Assembly: GCA_048938105.1 (NCBI GenBank)
Contig: JBHLMN010000001.1
Coordinates: 428,921 to 492,920, forward strand
Length of the DNA stretch: 64,000 nt
Source of the DNA: Promethearchaeota archaeon
GTDB lineage: Archaea > Asgardarchaeota > Heimdallarchaeia > Hodarchaeales > Hodarchaeaceae
Direction of reading: 5' to 3'
Positions within the stretch are counted from its first letter, which is position 1, and every line of letters starts with the position of its first letter. Positions 50,659 through 60,629 of the stretch are shown here, piece by piece. The position numbers and the translations under genes are program-made. The notes under the pieces are model-generated. The model was not told the DNA's origin, made no database searches, and saw nothing but the letters and a program-made list of their open reading frames with translations.

Positions 50659-52086
50659 TTATGCGGTAGATGGTTTTAAATTATGGTAAATTATACCAAA
50701 ACAAAAACAAAGAAAGTAAATACATAGTCCAATCAGAAATAGATCATTGTTATTCATTATTAAGAGAGGAATATGAATACAAATTACAAGAAGAAATGAT
50801 AATAGCCATTTTTCTGTGATTAAAGCTGTTTTGGATATATCAAAATGGCGAACGAATGTTTTTGATTCTTTAAACCACAAAAAGAGACTGATAATAATGG
50901 TGATCACAGGTACAATAATAAGATAGCCTGGATATATTGTTACTTTAGTAAAAATCCAAAATACAAGTAAACCGCTAATTAAAATAAAAGCACAACTATA
51001 GAGTAATGATATTCTGAATTTATCCAAAAGTAAGAAATCTTTCTTGAGTAAACTACTAATTTCAGATAGGAAACGACTTTGAGATGATTTAACATAGGTG
51101 AATTTAAACAAAATTTGTGCTAAAGAACTAAAGATCAGAAGAGAGATCAATGGGGCTTCTATATTGGATGATAGGTATTGTACTAACGGTTGTCTTTCAT
51201 ATAATCGAGCTAAAGGGTCTATTCTTCCTAAAATTAGAAAAAAAAGAAAATTAACCACTAACCAATTGAAGATTAATGTTGATAATGCCAGGAGTACCAT
51301 GTCGTGAGGCCAGGTCTTGGAAAGAAAAGCTAAGATAAGATAGATGATATTAAAAGGGGGAATAAACCAAAGATTAAGAACCAAATCTTCGAGAAACAAA
51401 GTATTAATCTTACTTGCCTCCATTATAACAACTAGTCCTCCGAAAAATAGAAGGAAAATCAAAGCTTTTACAACAGTAGTTATTCCAGAAATATTTTCTT
51501 CTCGCCATCTGGGCTTGAAATTTTCAAGAATTTCCTCAACAAATGTATATACAAAAGCACCAGCTAATATGAAGAGATGAGTTCCTAAAAATAACGTGAA
51601 AACTGCTGATAGCATATAGAGAAGTTGAATATCAAATTTTGAACCATAAGAAAAGATGAATAAAGATAGTACAAAGATTAATCCCATTACTCTCAGAGTA
51701 GTCCGAAACCACCCAATGAGTGTCCAAGTTAAGGGTCTACCTGAAATCTGTGATACTACGTTTAAATCAGCCACCTTGAAATTAAAAGGATTCAGAGGAA
51801 ATAATTCAGGTCCATCAGAAGCAGGAATTGTAAAACTTAGACATGATAGAATAAAGATTACCAATAAAAAAAACACTAAAATCGTTATAACAACCCCTCG
51901 CGGATTTCCTCCCAAGAATGGAATATACCATCGCATGAATACTATTATGAGGATTTCTAAAAATATCACAAAATAGAACATCAGGCTTGATTTTGGCACA
52001 GCATCCAATAATCTTCCCCATTTTTTATATTCAAGCCAAATAAACCGTCGTAAGATATTCCAATTGCTAGATGCTTTATGTTTCAC
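50659..52086 (-). CDS. Putative ABC exporter permease
   Basis: About 11 TM segments. Overlaps the stop codon of its ATPase gene. Confidence 0.78.
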   Translation of the reverse strand: MKHKASSNWNILRRFIWLEYKKWGRLLDAVPKSSLMFYFVIFLEILIIVFMRWYIPFLGGNPRGVVITILVFFLLVIFILSCLSFTIPASDGPELFPLNPFNFKVADLNVVSQISGRPLTWTLIGWFRTTLRVMGLIFVLSLFIFSYGSKFDIQLLYMLSAVFTLFLGTHLFILAGAFVYTFVEEILENFKPRWREENISGITTVVKALIFLLFFGGLVVIMEASKINTLFLEDLVLNLWFIPPFNIIYLILAFLSKTWPHDMVLLALSTLIFNWLVVNFLFFLILGRIDPLARLYERQPLVQYLSSNIEAPLISLLIFSSLAQILFKFTYVKSSQSRFLSEISSLLKKDFLLLDKFRISLLYSCAFILISGLLVFWIFTKVTIYPGYLIIVPVITIIISLFLWFKESKTFVRHFDISKTALITEKWLLSFLLVICIHIPLLIMNNNDLFLIGLCIYFLCFCFGIIYHNLKPSTA

Positions 52087-52900
52087 GATTCCATACCTCT
52101 AGGATGAATGATTCGAATGTTTGATCCTTAATCATTCTTTTTTTTGCATCAGAAATTGATCCTTTCCAAGCAATCTTACCTGAATGGAGAATAGTCATAT
52201 GGGTACATAAATCTTCTAGATAAGATGGACTATGAGAGGAAATGAGAATTGAACCAGGAGAATTGATGCCTAATTCTGGGATACCATCTGTTATGAATTC
52301 ATTAAGTAACTTCTTTACTTTATTTCTTATGTTAACATCTAAAGTAGCAAAAGGTTCGTCTAAGATGAGTACTTCAGGTTGATGGATTAAAGCGGTACAA
52401 ATCATTAACTTTTGGTGATTTCCCCTTGAAAGATTTTTGACCAAGGTTTCTTGCCAAGTTTCTAACTCAAATATATCGAATAAAAAACTAGTATAAGTTG
52501 AAAGTGCTTCCTCTGATAAACCATAAAGGTCGCCAAGAAAGTTAGTGTATTCATCAATGGTTAAGAAAGGATAGATTTCAAGCTGTTCAGGAGTGTACCC
52601 AATTCTCGGTCGTATATTTCGAAGGACAGATAAAATTTTTCCATGTATAACCACATCATACCCGAAAATACGTATATTACCCTTCTGAATCTTTACTAGT
52701 CCCATAAGGCATTGTAGTAAGGTTGTTTTTCCAGCGCCATTCGGTCCAACAATGCCTAAACACTCATGATCTTTAAGACTCAAACTAATATCGTCAAGCA
52801 CCTTAATTTTACCGTAACTTTTCACTAAATGATCAATTTTTATAGGGAAACGGGATTGTAATAGTGCTTCTGAGTTCGTTTGGTCTTTGATAAACGCCAT
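52076..52900 (-). CDS. ABC transporter ATP-binding protein (exporter type)
   Basis: GPNGAGKT, LSRG, LILDEP, SSH. Confidence 0.93.
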   Translation of the reverse strand: MAFIKDQTNSEALLQSRFPIKIDHLVKSYGKIKVLDDISLSLKDHECLGIVGPNGAGKTTLLQCLMGLVKIQKGNIRIFGYDVVIHGKILSVLRNIRPRIGYTPEQLEIYPFLTIDEYTNFLGDLYGLSEEALSTYTSFLFDIFELETWQETLVKNLSRGNHQKLMICTALIHQPEVLILDEPFATLDVNIRNKVKKLLNEFITDGIPELGINSPGSILISSHSPSYLEDLCTHMTILHSGKIAWKGSISDAKKRMIKDQTFESFILEVWNRET

Positions 52901-53437
52901 TCGAATTCTCCAATATAATTTTGAATATTTTAATTAAAAACTAACTATTTAGTACACGGATATAAAATATTGAGAATCCAATAGTAATGAAAGACCCAGA
53001 GAAAAAGATTTTGTGTGTACTCCTCAGTAGACTCTTGTCAAGTTTAACTGATTTTTCTGATAACTCATCTTGTTTGTACTCATCAAAAAATCTGGGGATA
53101 AAGTTCTTAAGATCAAGAAAATGCTAGATAGATCCAACCAGCATTATATCATAACTAGATCCAGCAATAATGAGACCTAAGCTAAAAAAATGTACAAATA
53201 TCGTCATCTATATCACCGTGAAAATTCCCACTAAGCTTAATTTCAAACAAATATTGTTAAATCATTTTGACTTAATTTTTATCATTAACCAACTATAAAT
53301 GCTGTTTAGGTAGCAATTGAATCTAAAATATTACGCTGTGAAGTTCAATTTGTATTCTATTAATTTTCACCACTTTTGGAAATTCTTCTTTCTTCCAATA
53401 CTAACCTAATAATCACTTTAACATAAAATAAAAGTGA

Positions 53438-53616
53438 GGACGTCGCTCCAGAGAGTAATCCAGCTTCTGTTGGCTCGTCAGGGTCACCCCATCCGAGTTT
53501 CTGACATCAACCTAAGCGCTGCACTCCATGGCCCCCAAAGAGACCATTACTTCAGCTTGCATTCACTGAGGATGCTCGTTTCACCGATACCCTGCTCGTC
53601 CTCAGGAGATTAACTC
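53438..53616 (-). repeat. rnpB 3'-half fragment, copy 3 (179 bp; att-like scar)
   Basis: Matches 60629-60807 with 4 substitutions by my count. Ends at GGAGATTAACTC. Confidence 0.95.
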
Positions 53617-53843
53617 ATTCAGAAATTGATAAGTATACCTGATTTTCGTTCCTTCCAGATAATAAATCTCATGGGGGAAGATTTTTTTCAAAAAATCGTT
53701 CAGATAACTGAAAAGTAGCAACGGCGGCGTGGAGGCCAAATGGTTCCCTTCCAGATAAGCCGTCGACTAGAGGCGCCGACGCCCCGTTCCTCTCGTACTG
53801 AGAACGTCTTCCTCTCATAGATTCAACATGTCCCAGACTTAAT

Positions 53844-54035
53844 TCATAGTTTGTAACCGACAGTTGCATTGACGCGGAGTTGTTGCTCCTCGTAAATGGT
53901 TTCCGTACCAACCCAACCACCTGAAGATGCAATCAACATCATCTTGCCAGTACTAGATTCTTTTGGGTTAATGGGTAACCTAACAATAACTTCATTTTTT
54001 TCTTCATCAATTTCAATTTTAACCAGTTTCATCAC
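53844..54035 (-). CDS. Small hypothetical protein (SxxGKxxxIASxGG motif)
   Basis: 63 aa with a GAGGTG Shine-Dalgarno at the start and protein-like composition. Confidence 0.75.
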   Translation of the reverse strand: MMKLVKIEIDEEKNEVIVRLPINPKESSTGKMMLIASSGGWVGTETIYEEQQLRVNATVGYKL

Positions 54036-54104
54036 CTCTTAAGACAATTCTAGTTTCTTCCCTTAATTTGTAGGACACTTTGTGAATTTTAGTTAAATTA
54101 AAGT

Positions 54105-54821
54105 TTATTGGATAGTTTTAAGTTCATTGATGAGATATAATAAGGAATGCCAAACCAAGTTTGAATCCCCTGCTGAAGCCAATTTTGGGTTCTCATGGGC
54201 GTATAAGTTACGTAAATTACGAATAATTTCCTGAACATTCTTAGTCATTTCTTTCTTCTGTTTTGGTTGTTTTTGAGTTGATTGAAACCTATTAAATAAT
54301 TTTAGAATGCCCCATTTCTCTTCAAATCTAATTGAATTTTTATTCATTTTCTCTTTCAATATATATTCAGTAATCTTACCGCATAAAATTATTGAAGCAT
54401 CAAAAAAGCCCAAGAGATGGAGTTTCCTCGCGTTCACTAATGATTCTTTTAAATAAGGATCTAACTGTCTCTTTTCTAAATCTTGAAGTTCTCTCAAATC
54501 TGATATATCCTTCAGTTGTCTAATTGCTCTACAAATAAGATAATCTCCACGATAAACATTCTTTTGCCACTTAGGAATAAACATTTTCTGTTTCACATTA
54601 AGTTTTGAGAAATTGGGAATGTTTCCCATCGTCCTAAGTAATCTAAAGGATTTCTTCTGTTCATTAATCTTATTGAGAGATTCTATTGTATTGTTGTCAA
54701 TAATCATGGCCCAAGTAAAAATCTTGGTTAAAATTTCATTATTCTTATTTAACCAATTTTCATATTCACTTCTAATATCAGAAAGATAAGATGTATTATT
54801 CATGAAATCTTCACTAGCCAA
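54105..54821 (-). CDS. HEPN (DUF4145/Abi-like) domain protein, putative RNase toxin or defence protein
   Basis: ASIILCGKITE followed by IRNLRNLYAH (Rx4H HEPN motif). Confidence 0.75.
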   Translation of the reverse strand: MASEDFMNNTSYLSDIRSEYENWLNKNNEILTKIFTWAMIIDNNTIESLNKINEQKKSFRLLRTMGNIPNFSKLNVKQKMFIPKWQKNVYRGDYLICRAIRQLKDISDLRELQDLEKRQLDPYLKESLVNARKLHLLGFFDASIILCGKITEYILKEKMNKNSIRFEEKWGILKLFNRFQSTQKQPKQKKEMTKNVQEIIRNLRNLYAHENPKLASAGDSNLVWHSLLYLINELKTIQ

Positions 54822-54870
54822 ATCAGTTCTTCAGAGGATTTCAGCATGTTTCAATTCATACAATACAAAG

Positions 54871-55014
54871 TTATTTAGGGTATTTAGTTGCACCTTTTGC
54901 GTCAGACCGTTTCTTTCTCCATTTTCCAGACATTGTTCTTGATCTAGGTGCATATTTTCCATTTTTTGTCTTAACATGTGGTCCTGCTTTTTTACCTGCT
55001 CTACGATCAGGCAT
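54871..55014 (-). CDS. 47-aa highly basic small protein (not in the ORF track)
   Basis: MPDRRAGKKAGPHVKTKNGKYAPRSRTMSGKWRKKRSDAKGATKYPK, preceded by the SD GAGGTGA. Confidence 0.65.
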   Translation of the reverse strand: MPDRRAGKKAGPHVKTKNGKYAPRSRTMSGKWRKKRSDAKGATKYPK

Positions 55015-55032
55015 TTGTCATCACCTCTTTGA

Positions 55033-55710
55033 TTAGTTCGCTATTGAAACACTACTACATTTTCTTCTCCAGATTGTTAGATAATAATTGTGTTCAAAGG
55101 TATTATTACATATATTACACGTAAAATCTAGGAATTTTGACCAAAATCGGTCTAGTTTGTCTAATATATAGCTATGAACACTTTCTTCACGACACACTGG
55201 GCAAATAATTTTTAGATAGATTTTATGATTTGTTTCATTTACTTTTTCACATTTTTCTACAAAATATTGAATTCCCAATCTCGTTTGATGCCACTTTTGC
55301 ATCCTTGGAAAATGATCAAAAGTACTATCCATAGGATAGTGGTATTGAATGCTTGATTTTTGATTTATAACTGAAATATGATTATTGAAATCTGTTAGAA
55401 AATTCTCTACATCGTCAAATCGACATTTATTTAGAATATCAATGATTCCTCGGTTTTCAAGCCTTTTTAAAATTCTTTTACCAAATTTTGAGATGATACA
55501 TGGTCTTATATGAAGATGCTTGGGTGTTCTATTTTTAACAAGACCTTTCTTAATTAACCAATCACATATGGCACCAGAGTCGATGAAAGAAGGCAATCCA
55601 CTAATTTTAAGCTTTTCTCCTATGAAGCAGAGCGTGATCAATGCATGTTCATTTTCTAGAAGATTTTTTATACCTGCCACGTTGCTATCATCTCTGCCAT
55701 ATTTGTCCAC
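55033..55710 (-). CDS. Hypothetical protein with wHTH-like N-terminus and C-terminal Zn ribbon
   Basis: WLIKKGLV....ISKFGKRIL wing; CPVC...CNIC. Confidence 0.7.
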   Translation of the reverse strand: MDKYGRDDSNVAGIKNLLENEHALITLCFIGEKLKISGLPSFIDSGAICDWLIKKGLVKNRTPKHLHIRPCIISKFGKRILKRLENRGIIDILNKCRFDDVENFLTDFNNHISVINQKSSIQYHYPMDSTFDHFPRMQKWHQTRLGIQYFVEKCEKVNETNHKIYLKIICPVCREESVHSYILDKLDRFWSKFLDFTCNICNNTFEHNYYLTIWRRKCSSVSIAN

Positions 55711-56043
55711 TCGATTATCAAGGTTTCCTAGAAGGAAACAAAGATTCAGTGTCTAATAACTTTTGATTATCATCCTTGAATGTTTGCCTCACTAGTTTTG
55801 GTTCATCAATCTCCGCAGAATTTTTTCAATCCTCTTCTCCAGACTCCATAATTATAATATAACCTTTTTTTAACTTCAAAATTGAATGGTTATTTTGTAC
55901 ACTGCATATTAGGGAAACTTTAAATAGATTACGTATAAATGAATAAAATGAATTTTTTTGCGTACTAATGAAATATGACGCTACTATATCAATATACTAG
56001 AGCTGTAGTACCTTGATATGAAACTCCTTCTGGTGGATACTAG

Positions 56044-56652
56044 ATGAAACGAACTCCTTTAGCTGTTATTATTGATTTGATGGTTGGATTAAATACTCTT
56101 TTATTAGAGGAAGATTATTCTATTAACACTGTCTCAGAAATCACAAACCTTCATTGGGAATCTACTAATCGTTATTTGGAAATCATTAGAAAGATTCAAG
56201 ATTACTCACCATTTTTTACATTCACCCAAGATAGAAAAATAAGGATCTTAGCACGAAATCCGAATTTAAACATCGAAAACGATGATTTAATATTAGTTTA
56301 TAGTTTACAAAATAAAGCATTTGATGAACAATCAGCGATCGTACTACCAAATTCTTTAAATGCAGAGATAGAATTCTTATTGGATAAAGAGTTTGGTGTA
56401 TTACAAAAGAACAGAAAATTCTTTCTAACTCAAAGAGGAAAGGAAATGGCGCTTGATATTTTTCTAGAAATCCAACAAAAAATTGAGTCAGCTCAAACAG
56501 CCCATATAGGCATGAATGATTTTGATTTCGATAAATTACGTAAAATAAACTTAAAACAGAGAGAAATGGAATCCATTGCTGATAATATAATTGCAATCAT
56601 TTTCGAGAAACTTGAGAAAAGTAAATGTGACAAAGAACTCGAGGTTCACTAA
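56044..56652 (+). CDS. Winged-helix DNA-binding protein
   Basis: SINTVSEITNLHWESTNRYLEII HTH; second wing FFLTQRG. Divergent from the HEPN cluster. Confidence 0.72.
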   Translation: MKRTPLAVIIDLMVGLNTLLLEEDYSINTVSEITNLHWESTNRYLEIIRKIQDYSPFFTFTQDRKIRILARNPNLNIENDDLILVYSLQNKAFDEQSAIVLPNSLNAEIEFLLDKEFGVLQKNRKFFLTQRGKEMALDIFLEIQQKIESAQTAHIGMNDFDFDKLRKINLKQREMESIADNIIAIIFEKLEKSKCDKELEVH

Positions 56653-57138
56653 GCAGGTTGATTTTTCTGTCTTTTTCAATTCTAAATATTTCTAAGTTGT
56701 AAATAGGATAAGTGCGGGGTGGGGATTGTGATTGGATTGATTGATTTATCACCTGTCAGAATATCAGAACAAATCGAGTTAAGTACAAAAAATGCATCTT
56801 CAAATACAACCCAGCTTTATAATGTTTCAACAAACGCTTACAGTTTAAGTTACCAAGTGAAAGTTTATGGATATCAATAAGATCTTTTTGGGGGAAATAT
56901 CGTTGCTAATCTATAACTTATCTGCTTTTCATCTTATAAATGTTTCATTTTAAGGTTAAAATGAGTTTCTAATGAAATACATAGGTAACAAATAACCAAA
57001 TTGAGCATTGAATGAAAAATAATGTTAGATTTGATTTTATTTTTTGTTTTCGATTTTTTATCTATTGTTTTTCGAATTATTTTTCCATTCTCACACCTCC
57101 ATAATCCTATACCTGTTGTTGATGTAAAATAATTGGAA

Positions 57139-57317
57139 GGGCGTCGCTCCAGAGAGTAATCCAGCTTCTGTTGGCTCGTCAGGGTCACCCCATCGGAGTT
57201 TCTGACATCAACCTAAGCGCTGCACTCCATGGCCCCCAAAGAGACCATTACTTCAGCTTGCATTCTCCGAGGATACTCGTTTCACCAATGCCCTGTTCGT
57301 CCTCAGGAGATTAACTC
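57139..57317 (-). repeat. rnpB 3'-half fragment, copy 4 (179 bp; att-like scar)
   Basis: Matches 60629-60807 with ~10 substitutions. Ends at the same GGAGATTAACTC breakpoint as copy 3. Confidence 0.95.
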
Positions 57318-57412
57318 AAGGACTCCAGAAATTAAAAAGATGATTTCACTTATAAGTTCCCTTGATATACATCATATATTAAAAAAACAAGAGATTTGAA
57401 CTTATGTCCAAG

Positions 57413-57919
57413 TCAGAGCGATTGTGGTGAATCCTTAAAAACAGAATACGCTACTCCTGTAGGATAAGGGGGAGCTGTGTCCAGAAATAGCTTAATCATA
57501 ATTAATGATGCTAATAGATTGACTAAAAAAGCTGTGAATCTAATATTTTTACTCAATCCATACTTTTCTTGGCCTGGTATCGTAAAGATCCCATTTCCAG
57601 CATGTAGTGAAAGAGTAAAAAGTAATGCTGGAGTACTATTAAATATAAAGTCGATTGGATACGTAGCTCGTTCTTTAATAGTAACCAGGGTCATACCAAT
57701 TAATGATGAGACCATAAAGATCGCTATTTGTATAAGAAGATACAATGGTTTAGCAATAAGTCTTTTATTCTTACCTTGTTCGAAGGTTGATACCGAAACG
57801 TTAAGTTTTTCTCCAATCTCATCAATTTTCTTCTTATTCAAAAAATTTACCCCAATAAACGCAGTGCGATTATCAAATAAAATCTTATACAAAACATGAT
57901 CTAGGGGACTGTTATACAT
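57413..57919 (-). CDS. Membrane hypothetical protein
   Basis: 168 aa with ~3 TM segments. Confidence 0.55.
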   Translation of the reverse strand: MYNSPLDHVLYKILFDNRTAFIGVNFLNKKKIDEIGEKLNVSVSTFEQGKNKRLIAKPLYLLIQIAIFMVSSLIGMTLVTIKERATYPIDFIFNSTPALLFTLSLHAGNGIFTIPGQEKYGLSKNIRFTAFLVNLLASLIMIKLFLDTAPPYPTGVAYSVFKDSPQSL

Positions 57920-58066
57920 ATTTTAGTATAACTCCCTTACCATTGTTCAAGAAAAAGATCTATAAATATTTTTATGATTCTGGGTTCATATTAAAAAATC
58001 GTTTATGTTACTCTTATCCTCCAAATAAGATGTTAAGTTTTAGTAGGTCAGGTATATACTACTCTT

Positions 58067-59377
58067 TCATCGAAGAACGGGTATATCAATTACAGATCCT
58101 CGTACTCTTTCTTTTACTCCTCGAAGTTCTTTTAGTATTTCTTCTTTTTCAGCTTTAGTTGTAGATAAAGTTAACGCAGTTCGATAGAAGTATGAGGTTT
58201 TAGGGTCATCTGTCAACGCTCCTAAACGACCTAAATTCCAATAGATAATATAGTTATCAGAAATTAATCTTGAAGATACAATAAACAAGTCTTTAGCTTC
58301 TTCATACCGTTTTAAATAGAATTTTCGAAGACCTTGATTATAACAAGTAGCAGCCTTGTTCATGATAAAGAAAAAGTCAAAAAAATGGATAGATTCAGAA
58401 CTCAAGGAACGAGTATAGGAAAAAGTCTTTTTTAAATCAGAATCAGTGGTGAATACCTGATAAAGTTTAGATTCTAGATCAACTATAAAAGATTGATAAT
58501 CTTTTTCCAATTCTCCAGGCGTTTTTTTTCGTTTAACCCATAATGTGAATATTTTCTGGTGAAAATCAATGTTTTGTAAAAAATTTATGGTTTTACTCAT
58601 TTTAATTTGATATTTATCTAAAATATGGGTATAACGTGTGATTATTTGCAGCAATATTCCTGCTAATAATGGATTACAGATAGACAATCTGGTAAGGGCA
58701 TGAATGCAATTGTTAAGCATGTTTGTTTTCTCTTTTTTGTCTAAATAGGACTCAATATTTTCAATATGATTTTTTTCTAACAAATGAGTGTTTTTCACAT
58801 GTCCAGAAAATATAATTGGCGTAATATTTGTTCTAAAAGCGTGAATGAGAGTTATGTCTCGAATTTCATTGGGAAAAGGTTTTTTGCAGGTAATTCGTAA
58901 TCCTTTCTCGTATTGATGACTCTGAGGAGTTTCTTTCCTAATCTTAACGAATCCTGCCTTCAACAAAAAGTTAATAAGAATTTCACTTGTGAAACCCGTT
59001 TTATGCCGCATTCCAGGGTTTTTTACACCATAAATCCACTGTAGAGTTGATATTTGTGATGATAAGTCTTTTAAACGGGAGATCTTTCTACTGGAAGACT
59101 TTAAATCAGGTACTTCGATAATCAAGCTCCCACCTTCTTTTAATATTCTGAACCACTCATTCAATATGTATTTGACTTCCACCCAGTCAAAATGTTCAAG
59201 TAAGTGAAAAGCCTCTATCATCCCAACTATATTTGACTTGATCGGTAAAAAAGCAGCATGAGCACCAATGTCTGCAGCACTCAAATTAAATAGATCTACA
59301 TTCAAAAAACCAACGCGGTACTTCAATCCACATCCTAAATTAAGAGAAATCTCTGAAGTTTTTTCATTATATATCAT
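58067..59377 (-). CDS. Class I SAM methyltransferase (type 11) with C-terminal TPR
   Basis: LNLGCG, NVD, HLLEH, RILKEGG..VPD; TPR-like YNQG...YEEA...YWNLG. Confidence 0.82.
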   Translation of the reverse strand: MIYNEKTSEISLNLGCGLKYRVGFLNVDLFNLSAADIGAHAAFLPIKSNIVGMIEAFHLLEHFDWVEVKYILNEWFRILKEGGSLIIEVPDLKSSSRKISRLKDLSSQISTLQWIYGVKNPGMRHKTGFTSEILINFLLKAGFVKIRKETPQSHQYEKGLRITCKKPFPNEIRDITLIHAFRTNITPIIFSGHVKNTHLLEKNHIENIESYLDKKEKTNMLNNCIHALTRLSICNPLLAGILLQIITRYTHILDKYQIKMSKTINFLQNIDFHQKIFTLWVKRKKTPGELEKDYQSFIVDLESKLYQVFTTDSDLKKTFSYTRSLSSESIHFFDFFFIMNKAATCYNQGLRKFYLKRYEEAKDLFIVSSRLISDNYIIYWNLGRLGALTDDPKTSYFYRTALTLSTTKAEKEEILKELRGVKERVRGSVIDIPVLR

Positions 59378-59385
59378 AATATAAT

Positions 59386-60417
59386 CTAATCCTCATTGAC
59401 CTGATTTTGGATAATATCTGTTTCTATACGATGAAAACAGTACGGATCATTATGGAATTGTTCCATCAGTGCATAGGAAACCGAGTTACAACCTCCTTGG
59501 CAAGTCAAGTTGTGTGGGCAACGAATACAGTATGATCCTATTTGGTTTTTCGAAAATTGTCTGTTATAAGAAAACGTATCTTTACTGTACCAAATCGATG
59601 ATAATGATTGCTTTCGTATATTCCCTTCAATGAAGCGATCATTTCCCATGGCTAAACATCCAACGATTCCACCATTACTTGTAATCCCAATTGAACTGAT
59701 TCCAGCAGTACAGCCATTCCAAAGAAAATTTGGCATCACACTAGAATGATACCCCATAGAATGGGCTCCGACAACTGGCATGTTTTGGAAGTGATGTTTA
59801 GCTCTTAGTTCAGCAATGAATAAGCCTACAGCATAAAATTCTTCATAAGAAAGCATTTTATCTTTTGTGAATTGACCAAAAGGTGCTGCCAATTGAATTT
59901 GCCAGTTAACCCCTTTATTATAAATAAGAGTCTTTAGTTTGGGAAGCTCATTGAAATTAATTTTGCTAACTGTTGTTATAATAGTTACATGGATTTGTTT
60001 TCTTCTTAAAAGATTGATTGCTTTAATTGCATTAGTGAAAGTTCCTTTTACACCACGAATGAGGTCGTGTGTTGTTCGTAAACCATCAAGACTAATGCCA
60101 ACCACGGTTGGTTTTAATTCAGCTAATTCATTGATGTATTTATTAAGAATAAACCCATTAGAAACAATACTCAATTCTATGCCAAGATCTTTAATACAGC
60201 TAGCAATTTCATACCAATCTTTTCGTAAGAAGACTTCTCCTCCCATTAAAGCAACATTATCACACTTTAAATGGGCTAATTGCTCACATAACGAAAACGA
60301 TTCCTCAGTGGTTAATTCATCACTTCGGGCTTGACCTGCGGATGATCCACAATGAGAACAACGTAAATTACATTTAAGAGTGGTTTCCCATATTGCGCAC
60401 TCCAATGAATAGTTCAT
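59386..60417 (-). CDS. Radical SAM protein with SPASM domain
   Basis: CNLRCSHC, GGE, SLDG..HD..RG, CTAG...GC...C..C.....C.GGC...C. Confidence 0.92.
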   Translation of the reverse strand: MNYSLECAIWETTLKCNLRCSHCGSSAGQARSDELTTEESFSLCEQLAHLKCDNVALMGGEVFLRKDWYEIASCIKDLGIELSIVSNGFILNKYINELAELKPTVVGISLDGLRTTHDLIRGVKGTFTNAIKAINLLRRKQIHVTIITTVSKINFNELPKLKTLIYNKGVNWQIQLAAPFGQFTKDKMLSYEEFYAVGLFIAELRAKHHFQNMPVVGAHSMGYHSSVMPNFLWNGCTAGISSIGITSNGGIVGCLAMGNDRFIEGNIRKQSLSSIWYSKDTFSYNRQFSKNQIGSYCIRCPHNLTCQGGCNSVSYALMEQFHNDPYCFHRIETDIIQNQVNED

Positions 60418-60629
60418 TGCATCGACCTTGCAGAATAAAGTAAAATACTAAATATTAGTTACTTAAGGTGACTGACCCTCATTAACACAACATATATTCA
60501 CTTGAGACTTTAAAAAATTCTGATTTCTATTTTTGTTCTGAAATTCTCTCTTTTTCTCGGATTTTTCACGTATTGACAGTATTAACAACAGTTTATGAAA
60601 ATAAAAGTTGAGCCATAAAGAAAGCAGTG

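Noticed and set aside
53438-53790. Second, miniature RNase P RNA formed by a minus-strand GGCGTCG (~53778-53784) plus copy 3
   Set aside because: No P4 5' strand (GAGGAA.TTCCAGC) or P2/P5 partners follow it. The 7-nt match is probably chance.
56934-57188. ORFs starting MTLTSQQKLDYSLERRP (also 60463-60678) and ORF 39095-39346
   Set aside because: The shared peptide is only a translation of the rnpB-derived repeat.
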